This document shows, piece by piece, positions 1-16,380 of a stretch of DNA of 64,000 bases. A program made the translations under genes and the position numbers. Origin of the DNA: the human T2T-CHM13v2.0 reference genome, Homo sapiens; NCBI RefSeq assembly GCF_009914755.1, contig NC_060944.1; one strand, written 5' to 3'. The notes beneath the pieces were generated by a model that was not told the DNA's origin, ran no database searches, and was given only the letters and a program-made list of their open reading frames with translations. The first letter of the stretch is position 1. Every line of letters begins with the position of its first letter.

Positions 1-249
<249 letters not shown>

Positions 250-1086
250 TCTCTCTTATTAATTCTAATCTTTTTCATCTGATTATGTTCATAAAGATGT
301 TTTTGTTGGGTTCTCCTAAATGTGACATCTCATTCCAATTCTAAAATGTGAACTAGCCATCCTAGAACAGCATCAATTGATAATGGTGATCATAGCTCTC
401 CTTATCTTTGCATCACTTTAATGAGAATGACTCTAATGACTTTCACACTAAGCTGATGGGAGTTGATGGCTTGAAATAGATTTTCTTTGTCACCGTAAAA
501 ATTATTGTCTAGTTGTTGTTTAGTAAGACTTCCATTTCATTGGAAATAGATAATTAGGTTTTATTAAACACCTTTTCCTTTATGTTATTAATTTTTTTTT
601 ATTTCTGGGATAACCTCAGTCACGGTACATTACTTTTAATTCCACAGACATGTTTGATTTTCCGATATTTTATTTATGATTTTTACATACATTTTCATAA
701 GATTGATATGAATTTGTGTGTGTTTGTACACAAGTGTATGCATGTGCAGTATCTTGGCAGATTTTAACATTAGGACTGCACTTGCATTATAATTGTAAAT
801 GAATAGCGTTACCTCCTCTTTATGCTGTAAATCAGTTTTGGGAGCATGATAATACACTTTTTGTTAATTTTAAAGATGATAACCTTTCAATAGTAGAGAT
901 TGAGAGCCATTTTTATAGAATACCTTGAAATTTTTTTCAAGTATTCAGTTTATTGATGTACTCAAGTTTTAACTTTTTCTTGAGACCATTTCAATAATTC
1001 ATATTCTTCCTGAAACTTGATCATTTCATTAAAATTTTCATATGTGTTAACAGAAAGTCGCATATGGTAGCCCCATAAATTTGTAA

Positions 1087-1482
<396 letters not shown>

Positions 1483-3270
1483 TAGGTCATTTTATTAATT
1501 TTGTCTAGAGACTATTTACCACTTACCAACTGCACACTCACATCTTATTTTTTCCAATGAAGAATGTGCTGTTCAAGTATATTTTTTTTCTAGATTTTTA
1601 CTGTGACAAACAATGCTTCAACAAACACCTTTTACATTTATCTTGGATCCATGTGTTTTTTAAAATCACAATAAGACAGTCCCTCAAATAGTACTGCTAG
1701 TTCAAAAGTGTGCATATTTTAACTTTAACTTTTACTACACATTTTTCAAACTATTTTCCCCAATCTATAGCAACTCACACTCAAAGGAACAAAGTCGGAG
1801 AATGGCTTATCTTCACTAGTTATGAATGTTACCGTCTTTTTAACTTTGTGCTAATCTATTGGGTAAAAAAATAGGTTATTATTCTTTCTTTAATTTGTAT
1901 TCACTGCTTTTTTATTGCAGTAAGAACACTTGAGATTTAGCTTTTTAACTAATTAAGTACACAATACCATGTTGTTAAGTGTAAACATTGTGTTGTACAG
2001 CAGGTCTCTAGACAAATACATCTTTGATAAATGATTCTGTTAAACCATGTTTCTGTTCACATAGTTCTAGCTTCCCCCTTAGGAAAAGGATTGCCTCCCC
2101 CCACCCCCATCCCCCATATTTACTTTTCCACGTTATTTTTTAGCTCTTTGCTTCTTTCTCTTTGCAATCTCAGAAATTTATCAGGTTTATTCTCAATATC
2201 ATGGAATCCATTTTCCTCTGTGTCAATTATAGTCTTTATTTTGTCTAATGTTTTTTTCATTCAATTACTAAGCTCTTAGCTTCCTTGTAATCCTTCCATA
2301 TCTCATCTGTATTCTTTTCAAATTGATATCCTTTACTTTAGAAGCCATATTTATTGCATCCTATTAGGAATGCTGACCTGCTTTCTAGAATTTATGTATG
2401 TATCTTGGAGGAAATGTTTTCCACAAATATCAAAGAATGGTGTCCCTTTTTCCCTGTTCTGCAATAATATTTCCCAGGCCTCACTGGTTGTTTTCATTTT
2501 AGTCACCCAGATCCTGATTTTATTGACAGGACATGTAGCTTGCCTGTGTCTTGCTCCACCATGACTTGAAACTTTTTTCCTATGTATAGCTGGAGGGCAA
2601 GACAGCATGACAACTAACAACCCATCCTAGGACCAGCAGCAACCACCTCACACAGGCCTGAGAAAGGGGCTTGGAATCTTCTGCCCATGCCCCAGTCCAG
2701 TTTTCTGACTCTGTCAACCAATGAAGGATAAGAGAATCCATGCCAGAGCATCTCCCAGGCCTCTCTCTGCCTCTGCTCCAGTTCTGGGGCCTCACTTTTC
2801 AGTCCGAGATATCCACAGCCTTGAGGGGCTGTCAGGTGGTTGCCAAGGAACCGACCGGCAGGCTGTGCCTCCAGGGACCTCACTTGGCAATGTTCATTAC
2901 CCCTGCTGGTCCTCAGCCTTGCAAGCCTATATTTTATACTGATTTTATCAGCACCCTGACAGGGGATCCATCTCTCGAGGGAGGACTCGCATTAATAAAG
3001 CTTATGAGACTGCTACATGAAACCAGATGCTGGATTATTAACTTACAAGAAGAAATAAGTGATGCAAGATGGAAAATTTGAAGTCCACAGCAGTCATGCC
3101 TTTTATTTTTGATAGCTGAGTTAGTAATACGAGAAGCTAAACCATCATCCCAATTCCTATCTGTGAATTTGCAGTGAAAGTCACTGCCATAGAAACCAAA
3201 GTACTCAAGGCAAATGCTCTCTTTATAGGCAGACCTACCTAGGAAGCCAAATAGTCAAAGAGTATTTTTG

Positions 3271-3742
<472 letters not shown>

Positions 3743-4027
3743 TGAACACAGTCTCAGAGCTAGGGAGGGCGGATGAAGCAATGAGACTGGGCTGCCCAGT
3801 GTCTGTTTTCTGCCAATCACCATATCCTTCCTATCTTTGCCACTGTTATCAACCAGTCTGCTGATGGGCTTCTCCTCTCTTTTGCATCTGGGACCATCTC
3901 CCTCTTCTGACAGCTGGTTCCCTTCTTTATACAATCATTCAATCAGGAGATGGTCAAAACTATATCTGGAAAACCAGGTCTGGAAGCCTGTCTGATTCCT
4001 TCACAAAATTTTTCCCGTTTTGATGGA

Positions 4028-4290
4028 TGGTGGCTCACACCTGAAATCCTAACACTTTGGGAGGCTGAAAGCAGGCGGATCACTTGAGCCCAGGAGTTTG
4101 AGACCAGCCTGGGCCGCATGGTGAGACCCTGTCTCTACAAAAAATAAAAAAAATTAGCCGAATGTGGTGGCTACTCAGGAGGCTGAGGCAGGAAGATCAC
4201 TTGAGCCCAGGAGGTCAAGGCTGCAGTGAGCCATGTTTGCGCCACCTGCACTCGGCCTGGGCAGCAGAGTGAGACCATGTCTGAAAAGAA
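4028..4290 (+). mobile_element. AluJ-like element with internal deletion
   Basis: gatcacttgagcccaggag motifs in both arms. Confidence 0.8.
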
Positions 4291-4424
4291 ACGTTTCCCT
4301 TTCATCTTCTGCTGACTTTATTTTTTGCCCCTTCTTTTCACAGGTGCGGACTTTAGTGACTTTACAGGGGAATATCTCATGTCCTCCATGAACAAGTTCT
4401 GAGGAGACCTTTTAATAATAGGAA

Positions 4425-4730
4425 CCGGGCCAGGCACAGTGGCTCAAGTTTGTAATCCCAACACTTTGGGAGGTCGAGGCGGGCAGATCACTTGAGATCA
4501 GGAGTTCAAGGCCTGCCTGGCCAACATGGTGAAACCCATCTCTACTAAAAATAGAAAAATTGGCCAGGCGTGGTGGTGCGTGCTTGTAATCCCAGCTACT
4601 CAGGAGGCTGAGGCAGGAGAATAGCTTGAACCCCGGAGGTGGAGGTTGCAGTGAACCGAGATTGCGCTACTGCACTCCAGCCTGGGCAACAGAGTGAGAC
4701 TCCATCTCAAAATAACAATAATAATAATAA
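4425..4730 (+). mobile_element. AluS
   Basis: Full dimer with (AAT)n tail. Confidence 0.9.
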
Positions 4731-5534
4731 TGGGAACTGATCTTAGGATCTGCTCTCTACTACCTCTTATGCTTTCTATGAGTATTTCTACCTCAGCTTT
4801 CTATGAGTATCTGTTTTATTCCAAATGGATTTGTTTCCACAATGTGGGGCTGGTGGAGAGCAGTCCCTTGGAGAGTTGACAAAACAACACCCAGCCATAG
4901 AAAGACGGCTGATCAGGTTTCTGTTTGGTACATAGTCTGGGTGTCTAGCTGGGAACAGATCACAGGAGGGGGCAACATGCCTTTCTGACTCTTTTCAGAA
5001 AAGCGAGGCTGTTGTTCCCCCAGGAGAAGAATGTTCAGCTATGGGTTGAGATCTCCTTATCAGTTGCACCACCCCTGCAATTTTGCGACAGTTCCTATCA
5101 GAGAGAGGCACTTGGCTGTCTGCCAGACGTGGGTCTGAGAGTAGCCAGAGTTCCTTCTACCTTTGAATTTTTGTTTTAAGTTGAAGAAAGTCATATCAGA
5201 GGTTGCTAACTCAATCGGACCCTCCAAATCAGAAATCGTACAGAGAATTTCTCACTTTATCTACAAACTGTCCAAACCAGAAATTTTATCAGCACAGTAA
5301 GGGGTGGCCCTCACTTGTCTCTCACTCCAGGCCTGACGTTGGGGAAGTAAAGGTTTGAACACCTGCCTCTGGCAGCCTGGGCTCAAGGACAGCAGGAGCT
5401 GGGGACTGCAAGACAGCAGCTTCACCCATGCTGACTCATGCTGACCTGTCGGCCTCCTCGTGCCCCTCATCATGCCCCTTTGTGCTCCAGGTTGACATGT
5501 TAAGGAACTGAGAGTTTTACCTCTTTTATTTCAG

Positions 5535-5616
5535 AAATGGGTCAAATTTAAGAGAGACTTTGATAATTTCAAGACTCAATGTATCCCCTGGGAAATGAAG
5601 ATCAAGGACATTGAAA
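5535..5616 (+). CDS. TMC2: TMC2 coding exon (probably exon 6): KWVKFKRDFDNFKTQCIPWEMKIKDIE
   Basis: ttttatttcag|AAATGG ... GAAA|gtgagt; 82 nt, phase 0 to 1. Confidence 0.95.
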
Positions 5617-5750
5617 GTGAGTATGCTGGTGTCACTGTTTTTTTAATTGGTTTCCTAAAGCGTTTCCCAAGAGCTTGGATTGTTTCCTTGGCCCTCTGAA
5701 TAGATTATTTCATTGGTTCTGTTGTATTAGGAAAAAAGAATGAGTTTTGA

Positions 5751-6146
<396 letters not shown>

Positions 6147-6338
6147 TGACTGTGGGCACTTAGGCAAGTTAGTTAACCCCAAAGAGCCTCAGGTTATTTA
6201 TCCAGGAAAAGAAAGGGAGATCCAGGTGTCATTCAACAGACTGATGTGAAAATTGAATCCACCACACACATAAAGTGCTCAATAGTGTCCATTTTTTCCT
6301 TCTGCAGCACTCATACCCACCGTCTTTTCTCTCTCTAG

Positions 6339-6445
6339 GTCACTTTGGTTCTTCAGTGGCATCGTATTTCATCTTTCTCCGATGGATGTATGGAGTTAAC
6401 CTTGTCCTTTTTGGCTTAATATTTGGTCTAGTCATAATCCCAGAG
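6339..6445 (+). CDS. TMC2: TMC2 coding exon (probably exon 7): [36 protein letters not shown] (TM1)
   Basis: ctctctctag|GTCAC ... CCAGAG|gtaaga; 107 nt, phase 1 to 0. Confidence 0.96.
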
Positions 6446-6561
6446 GTAAGAAAAGAACTTCCTAAATCTTTGGATAGAGTTAAGGCTTATGACCACCGTC
6501 ATCAATTATCAACCAAATACTTCCTGTTTTACAAAGAATCAGTCATTCATTTAAAATGCTA

Positions 6562-6709
6562 TTAGGCTGGTGCAAAAGTAATTGTTTTGCATTAAAAGTA
6601 ATTTTAATTTTTTGCCATTAAAAGTAATTTATAAATTACTGCCATGAAAAGTAAATTTATAAAATTAAAAGTAATGGCAAAAACTACAATTACTTTTGCA
6701 CCAACCTAC
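6562..6709. mobile_element. MADE1 (Hsmar1 mariner MITE), internally expanded
   Basis: Terminal inverted repeats ttaggctggtgcaaaagtaattg ... caattacttttgcaccaaccta; TA at the 5' flank. Confidence 0.88.
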
Positions 6710-6984
6710 GACCTAATGTACTCACATCAATTACCCAGATAGTTAAATACAAAGAATGGAACCAAAATACTTTGTTCCTTAATTAGTAGGTGAATCTTAC
6801 ATTTTTCTACTTCTCATTTTACCTTAAGATCAGTGGAGAATTAATGTTTCAATGAGTTTTTTTCTTTTACTCTCAGAAAAAAGAGAGGGATAGAATACAT
6901 TATATCATTATTTATCACCAAAAAAACTTGGATTTGACTATCACTCCTCACTATTCTCCCATATATAATTTTTAAGGAGGTTTT

Positions 6985-7137
6985 TTTTAGAAACAGGGTC
7001 TCACTCTGTTGCCCAGGTTGGAGGGCAGTGATGTGATCGTGGTTCAGTGCAGCCTTGAACTCCTGGGCTCAAGTAGCTCTCCCACCTCAGCCTCCCAAAG
7101 TGTTGGGATTACAGGCATAACCCACCATACCTGGCCC
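6985..7137 (-). mobile_element. Alu monomer-length recombinant (FAM/FLAM-like)
   Basis: Right-arm start fused to left-arm end. Confidence 0.75.
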
Positions 7138-8879
7138 CAGATATAATCTTATTATGGACATAAATAGATTCTTATCTACAGATGATTAATTGAGAAACAA
7201 AAAAGGGGTAATGAGCAATTTGTGCAAAGTCACACAATAAGATCATTGTGAATTGGATCTCAGGTCCCCAGAGTGATGGCTTAGGGTCTTTTCCAAGGAG
7301 CCTGTGGCTCACTAAGCACTGAGCACAGCAATTGCTACAATTGCTACAGTCCTGACTGAAATCCTTGATGCTGGTGCTGGGTACACAAGTGGGTCTACTT
7401 CAACAGCTTTCAGAGGAACAGTATGTGTGCATTTAGTATTTTCTTCCTCACAGGTGTATTAATTGGTTCTTTGATGACTTACTGACTCCTATTTTGTTAT
7501 AAATGGTTCTGTGAGCATATTGGAGTCAATTCTATCTGCAGTTACATTTTCTGCACAGCCACTTTCAGGACATTAAAAACCTTTCACATAATGTGAATTA
7601 AATCAGATTTATTGGAGGAGGTTGACCATGCATTATAATAGCCTTTGGTAGCAAAGGAGTGTTACATTATTCATAAAATTGTTGAATTCTTTTCTATATT
7701 ACTCAAAATGTGTGCTTACAAATATGTCATTAACTAGCCTTTGTACTCTTTCATAAACACACCTAGAAATCAAGGGTTCTGAGTCCACTGAGCCCTACAT
7801 ATATTCTTATGCCAATATCACTCTCTGACCCAGAAGTTAGCATTTTAAACGTCACTGTCAAGCGTACACAAACACTCTTACACCAAGTCTGGTTCTCCCC
7901 AGGGGGAAAATATTGTCAAAAGCTAATAGGAAGTCTCATTTATCTCCTCCATAGTCAGGTAAATATGAAATGTTTTCCTCGGTAGTCAATGGGGAAATTT
8001 ACCTTCACAAAGCTCTTGGCTTTCTTCTTGGAAGCTTTTATTCCATGAGAAGAGAGCACATTTAAATGCCACAGGCCTATGAGACATCTCTGAAATTTTG
8101 CTGTGCAGTGGTCCATAAAAGGCAGGTTTGGGGGAAGTTGAGCAATTTTAAGGACACTCGGTTGCTTTTTAAAAGAGAACATTAAATTTGGTATAATTTA
8201 TGTAAGTTTTTAATATTTTTATGAGGGAACATTTATTTTAAACAATAAAAACTTAGTGATTGGTGCATTCCAATGAAGCAGCCAAGATCTGAACCATTCG
8301 TGCTAGAGAACCTTGATTTGATTGGCAGGTGATTGGGAAAACCATATTGGAGTGGGTTGAGAGTAAGAGAGAGAGAGAGATGCTTTGCTGGAAAGAGGAG
8401 CCTTGGCTTGGGAAGAAGGAGAAGGGAAGAAGGGAAATAGGGGAGAAGGGGAGAGGCTTAGACCAGGTAGCAGCCTGTTGCAGTAGGTCAGTGCTAGATC
8501 CGGGTAATATCAATGGGAATGGATTAAAAGAGAGGAATCAGAGTGAAGTGCACGGACAAGTCTTGATGACAGGTTGGATAACAGCAATTAGGGTGTGGGG
8601 TGTCTCAAGATGCCTTCTTATTTAGGATGATGGGAAATTGGCCATATGGGAATCAGACACATCCAAATTCATTGCACATCTAAAGGAAGTGTCCTGTTGG
8701 TCAAAGACACAGAGAACTTCAGGGCTCAAGGGTTTTCAGCATAAGCTAAGGTTCAGAGATATCCCCACGACCCATGGATGTTTTAAAATGAAGCATAGTG
8801 AACCAGAGGGTCCAGGGATAAGAATAGTAGAAGTGCTCAAACATGACTTTTTAAAAAAATTATTTATATATATATAGAG

Positions 8880-9165
8880 AGAGAGACAGAGCCTCATTCT
8901 ATCTCCTGGGTTGGAGTGCAGTGGCACAGTCTTGGCTCGCTGCAGCCTCCACCTCCTGGGTTCCAGCAATTCTCGTGCCTCAGCCTCCCAAGTAGCTGGG
9001 ATTACAGGCACGCACCACCAGACCCGGCTAGTTTTTGTATTTTTAGTAGAGATGGGGTTTCGCCATGTTGGCCAGGCTGGTCTCAAACTCCTGACCTTAA
9101 GCGATCTGCTCGCCTCAGCCTCCCAAAGTGTTGGGATTACAGGCATGAGCCACCATCCCTGGCCT
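8880..9165 (-). mobile_element. AluS with (TA)n(GA)n tail
   Basis: Alu consensus in reverse. Confidence 0.88.
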
Positions 9166-9394
9166 TGAACGCAACTTTAACGAAACTTCTCCTTATATTC
9201 ATTTTCCTTTTGCCACAAACTCTCAATACCACTTTATGAAATTAAACAGCTCTGAATGTAAGAATGAGCCTTGTTTATCTTTAATTGCCATTGCCTGCAC
9301 AACCCAGGATGTCTACGTGATCCCTGAGGAACCCTCAGTTATGCTGCAGGAGCTGGCTGGCAAGGCCCCACTGGATGACAAGTTTATGTACTTC

Positions 9395-10415
<1,021 letters not shown>

Positions 10416-10551
10416 TAATGTACATTATAAGGTCTTTAAGGAAGCTGTGCTTTAGGTTTACATAGCAAGCATTCAGTCTGTAAACCTCTTATGATACTTC
10501 CCCTTAAAAATAACTACTAAATTATTTCAGACATATGAAAAGATATAATGA

Positions 10552-10870
<319 letters not shown>

Positions 10871-11189
10871 CTACTTGCTCATCACCATGCCTAAAAAATG
10901 AAATATTACACACACACTGAAGTCCTCTGATTAATTTTCCCCAATTTTATTACCTACGTAACCCTCACTATCCTGAACTTTCCATTTCAACTCACATTTT
11001 AAAATGTAGTGACTTAAATACAGTCATCTCTTATTTTCTAAAATCACAGTGTATCTAAAGATGTATCCCCTTTTGCATTACAGTATAATTTTTTTGTCTC
11101 ATTTACAGCAAAGTTTGTCTTTTTTAGTTATTTTGTTCAAGAAAAAACTTTTGGCTTTGCTGATTCTCTCTGAAATGTCTTTTTTTTTT

Positions 11190-11780
11190 TAATTCAGTCT
11201 TTTGGGGGGCACAATTTGCATCAAGTAAAATTTACTCCTTTTAGGTATACAATTCAATGACTTTTGACAAATGTATGATCAGGTAACCACCACACAACTG
11301 AAATATAGAACATTTCCATCGCCCCCTAAATTTCTCTAGTACCCACATTGCAAGCAATCTCCTCTCCCAGCTCCCAGCCCTTGACAACCAATGATTGATT
11401 TCTGATTTCTGTTCCCAAAGTTTTGCCCTTTTCAGAATATCATACAAATAGAAATATGTAGTATGCAGTTTTATTGTGTCTAACCTCTTTCAGTTGGTAC
11501 AATGTCTTTGAAATTCTTTCATGTAGTTTATCAGTCATTTGTCCCTTTATTGCTGAAATGGAATTGAAAATTACAATGGGATTGTAATATTCCACCATAT
11601 GAGTATATCATAGTTTGTTATCCATTCACCAGCTCATGGACATTTCAGTTGTTTCTATTTGGAAACTATTATGAATAACTCTACTATAAAACATTCACTT
11701 TCAGGTCTTTTTCTTTTATATCTTTATTTTTATATTACTAATTTCTAACTTATATGTTTCATTTCTTTCCTTCTAATTTC
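11190..11780 (-). mobile_element. Old L1M 3' fragment
   Basis: aggtatacaattcaatga and ttatccattcaccagct...ggacattt motifs. Confidence 0.7.
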
Positions 11781-11789
11781 TTGGGGTTT

Positions 11790-12775
11790 GTATTCATTAT
11801 CTATTGCTGGGTAACAAATTACTCCCTATTTTTTCGCTGAATACAACAACCATTTATTATTATTTCTGTGGGTCAGGAATCCAGAAGTGGTTCTGGCTTG
11901 GGGTCTCCCACAGCCTACGGTCTAGGTTTTGACCAAGGCTACAATTATCTTGAGGCTGAACTGAAGAAGATCCGCTTCCAAGCTCACTCACATGGCTACT
12001 GGCAGATCTCAGAAGATACAATTTCAAGCTTACTCACGTGGCTTCTGGCAGGCCTCAGAAAATCTGCTTCCAACCTTACTTATGTGGCTGTTCCCAAGGT
12101 TCAGGTACTCAGTGGCTATTGGCCAGAGACATCAGTTTCTTACTACATGAGTTTTTCCATAGGCAAGCTCATAAGGTGGCAGCTTTCTTCTCCCAGAAGG
12201 AGAGAATCCAAGAAGGAAATAGAGCAAAAAGAAGCTTCCCACATAGAAGCCACCATTTTTTATAACCTAATCTCAGAAATGACATTCCATCACTTCTGCC
12301 ATATTTTATTCCTTAGTAGTGAGTCACTAAATCAAGCCCACACTCAGTGGGAGGGTATTATGGTACACAATAATAAATACCAGAGGCAGGGATCATGTGA
12401 GCCACCTCACAGGCTGCCTACCACATTGAACCCTCTGGTCCTCAGTGATTCACATCCCTTCCACATGCAGAATACACTCGCCCCTCCTCAAGGCCTCTAA
12501 AAATCTTATTCTGGCATAGCATCAGCTCAGATTCCAAACTCTCACTCTAAATCAGTAGTTCAGGTGCAGATGAAGCTCCATGGGAGTGGCTCTTTAAATA
12601 CAACTCCTTGAGTTCAGTTCTCTTTACCATGAGACTAAAAAGATGTTATCTGCACCAACACAACAAACATAAAATGGTGGGACAGGCATAAGATAAATGC
12701 TATAGACATGCCTGTGTTCAAACAGGAGAAAAATGGGAGGCACAAAGGAGTTATTGGCCCATAGCAAGTCTACAA
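11790..12775 (-). mobile_element. MLT1 (MaLR) LTR plus adjoining internal sequence
   Basis: tatctattgctgggtaacaaattac and tgtgggtcaggaatcc motifs. Confidence 0.65.
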
Positions 12776-12777
12776 CT

Positions 12778-13190
12778 GTAGTAGCCTGTTCTTGTGTTGC
12801 TATGAAGAAATACCTGAGGCTGGGTAATTTATAAAGAAAAGAGGTTTAATTGGCTCATGGTTCTCCAGGCTGTACAGAAAGCAAAGTGCCAGCATCTGCT
12901 TCTGTTAAGGGCCTCAGGAAACTTACATCATGATGGAAGGTGAAGGGGAACCAGCACATCACTTGGCGAGAGCAGGAGCAAGAGAGTGATTGGGAGAGGT
13001 CCTAGACTTGTAAACAACCATATCTCGTGTGAACTAACCGAGTGAGAACTCACTTATCACCAAGGGGATAGTGCTAAGCCATTTATGAAGAATCTGCCCT
13101 CGTGATCCAGTATGTCCCACCAGGCCCCACCTCCAACACTGGGAATCACATTTCAACATGAGAGTTGGAAGGGACATTCAAATGACATCA
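12778..13190 (-). mobile_element. MST-family MaLR LTR
   Basis: aaatacctgaggctgggtaatttataaagaaaagaggtttaattggctca ... tttcaacatgag. Confidence 0.85.
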
Positions 13191-14348
13191 GTAACACAAC
13201 ACTCATTTATAAATTTTCCTCTCAATACCATTTTAGTTGCATGCCATATACTTTGATATACATTGCCATTATTTATTTTTAGGTATTTTCTAATTTCCTT
13301 GTAATCCACAAGTTATTTATGAATAATTTTCAAGACTTTAATATATAGAAAGATTGGTGGCATTTTTTACTGGTTTTTAGTATAATTTTATAGTGATCAT
13401 AGTGTATATTTTGTATGAAACTGATACTTTTTCATCACTTGGGACTTGCTTTATTTACTTAGAATATGGTTAATTTTCCTAAATTTTTATATTATTTGCA
13501 TGGTTCAAAATATTACTTGTATTCTACAAATTATCTATAATCTTACTAATTTTAGAGTAGCATGATCAATTGCTGAGTGAGATCAATTAAATCTCCTGCC
13601 ATTGTCTTCTTCTCATTGTAATTATTATTTTTGTTTTATATATGTTAATGCCATGTTATTGGGCACATACAAATTTAAGATTGTTATGTGGTGAATTATA
13701 TTGATTTATTTTCAAATGTTAAACCAGATTGCATTCTTGGAATAAACCCAACTAGGTTATTATGTATTATCTTTTTTATATATCATCTGATTTTGATTTG
13801 TGAATATTTTATCTAGAATTTTTGCATCTATTTTTGAGATACTGGACTGTAAATATCCTTCTTATAATGTTCTTATGTTTGGGGATCACTATTAGACCTC
13901 ATAAAGTGATTTGGGAATGTTTTTTTTTTATTATTCTCTTGAAGAATTTGTGTAAATTTTCCTGTGGTAGGTTTAGGTGAATTTTTAAAAATGTACTTCT
14001 TTTAATTGACAAATATAAATTGCATATATTTATGTTGTACAAAATGCTGTCTTGGAATGTGTATATATTGTGGAATGGTTAAATCAAGCTAATTAACATA
14101 TGCATCACCTCATATACCTATACTTATCATTTATTTTTGGTGAGAACACTTAAAATCTATTCTCATAGCAATTTTCCAGTATACAATACATTGTTATTAA
14201 CTATAGTCACCATGTCGTACAATAGATCTCTTGAATTTATACTTCCTATCTAGCTGAAATTTTGTATCCTTTGACCAACATTTCCCAATCTCCCCAATTC
14301 CCTAAGTGAAGTTTTTGTTGTCATTGTTGATTTGTTGCTTTTTGTATA

Positions 14349-14916
14349 TGTGGTAGGCAGAATTCTAAGAATGACCCTAAATGACCCTCAATCTTGTATA
14401 ATCCCCCCCCCCTTTGAGTATGGACAGAACCTAGGAATGAGGTATCACTCCAAGGTTATTTGAGTGAGCCTAATTTAATCACATGAGCTCTTTAAAAGCC
14501 AAGAGTTTTCTCTGGCTGGTTGCAGAAGAAGTCACAGATATTCAAAACATGGGAAGGATTGAACACACCACTGCTGGCTTAAAGATGGAGGGAACCATGT
14601 AATGGGGAATGTGGGAGCCCTTGAGAGGCTGAGTGTGGCCGCCATCTGCCACCCCGCAAGGAAACAGGGACCTCAGTCCTACAAGCACAAGGAAATGAAT
14701 TCTGCCAACAATAAGTGAGCTTGGAAGAGGACTCCAGACCCCAGATGAGACCCTTAGCCCCTGCTGACTCTTTGATTTCAGTCTGGTGAGACCCTGAGCA
14801 GAGAATCCAGCCACACCATGCTAGACTGCTGACCTACAGAACTGTGAGCTAATAAATGGTGTTGCTTTAGGCCATCTTTGTGGTAATTTGTTACACAGAA
14901 ATAGAAATCCAAAGCA
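14349..14916 (+). mobile_element. MLT1 LTR inside L1 sequence (L1 fragments span ~13200-17800)
   Basis: tgtggtaggcagaattctaaga ... ctacagaactgtgag ... gtggtaatttgttaca. Confidence 0.75.
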
Positions 14917-15079
14917 GTAGATATCCAGCTTTGGATCTGTAGCACTTACTAAATCTTAAACTGTCTTTTGTCACATTGGGAAAATTCTCTGCCATAATCC
15001 CTTTAAATACTGTTTCTATGCCATTCCATCTTCTCTCTCCTTCTGGGACTACATATATGTGTGTGCCTTTGCATGTGTC

Positions 15080-15081
<2 letters not shown>

Positions 15082-15122
<41 letters not shown>
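15082..15122. repeat. (TG)n microsatellite, ~20 units
   Basis: Seen directly. Confidence 0.95.
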
Positions 15123-15123
<1 letters not shown>

Positions 15124-15667
15124 TTGTCTCAGTGAGCCTTGTCTCTGTATTTCCATGTATGCCTTATGCTCTTTTCAGTATCTTCCATCTTTTTCTCTAT
15201 ATATTTAAGTCTGGACTTTTTTAACCCTGTATTAAAATTTAGCCATTCTCTTTTCTGATCTATATGTTCTTAAATCTGTCCATTGAGCTTTTAATTTCGA
15301 TGATCACATGCTTCAGTTCTATAACTTCCATTTGATTGTTTTTATAGTTTCCAGTTCTCTACCAAAATGATTCATCTTGTCCCTTAATTCCTTAAGCATA
15401 TTAATCAAACTTATTTTAAAGCTCATGACTGACAACTCCCTTATTTAGACTTCCTTTGAATCTGTTTTTATTGTTTAATTTTTCTTTTAGTTTTTAGTCA
15501 AGCTGAGTGCTACGCATTGTTTGTGAGCAATTATTGAGTTTTACTTATTCCTCTGGTGGGAGAACTAAGCAAGATGGTCTATATTTTTGTCTAATTTTAC
15601 TTTCTGAGTAAAATCTTCCCAGGCCTCAAATAAAAGCTTGGGCTTTTTCCAGAAATCTTCCTATTTG

Positions 15668-15669
<2 letters not shown>

Positions 15670-15736
<67 letters not shown>
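15670..15736. repeat. (TG)n microsatellite, ~33 units, abutting an Alu left-arm fragment (15736-15815)
   Basis: Seen directly. Confidence 0.95.
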
Positions 15737-15737
<1 letters not shown>

Positions 15738-16019
15738 AGATGGGGTTTTTCCATGTTGCCCCGGCTGGTCTTGAACTCCTGAGCTCAAGCGATCCACCTG
15801 CCTCAACCTCCCAAACCTATTTGTCCTTAAATTTCACTCTCATTTCATTCTTCAGCCCTTTGACTATTCCAAAGTTGCTGCATACTGTCTTTATCTTTTA
15901 GCTGCTGTGATTGAAATCAACGAATAACTCATGGGGAACAGCAATGCACAATCACTTCTTCAGAATTTCTTTATCTCCTGGATCTTGGCAGCACAAGTCA
16001 TGATTGTCCACTTGTCTAG

Positions 16020-16380
<361 letters not shown>

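Noticed and set aside
6562-6709. Repeated attaaaagtaatt units resembling a repeat-spacer array
   Set aside because: The units are irregular, AT-rich and enclosed by mariner TIRs, with no unique spacers or cas genes. This is a MADE1, not CRISPR.
11868-12500. 210-aa ORF, the longest non-TMC ORF
   Set aside because: It starts at GTG, lies entirely in MLT1 LTR sequence, and has no recognisable domain or splice context.
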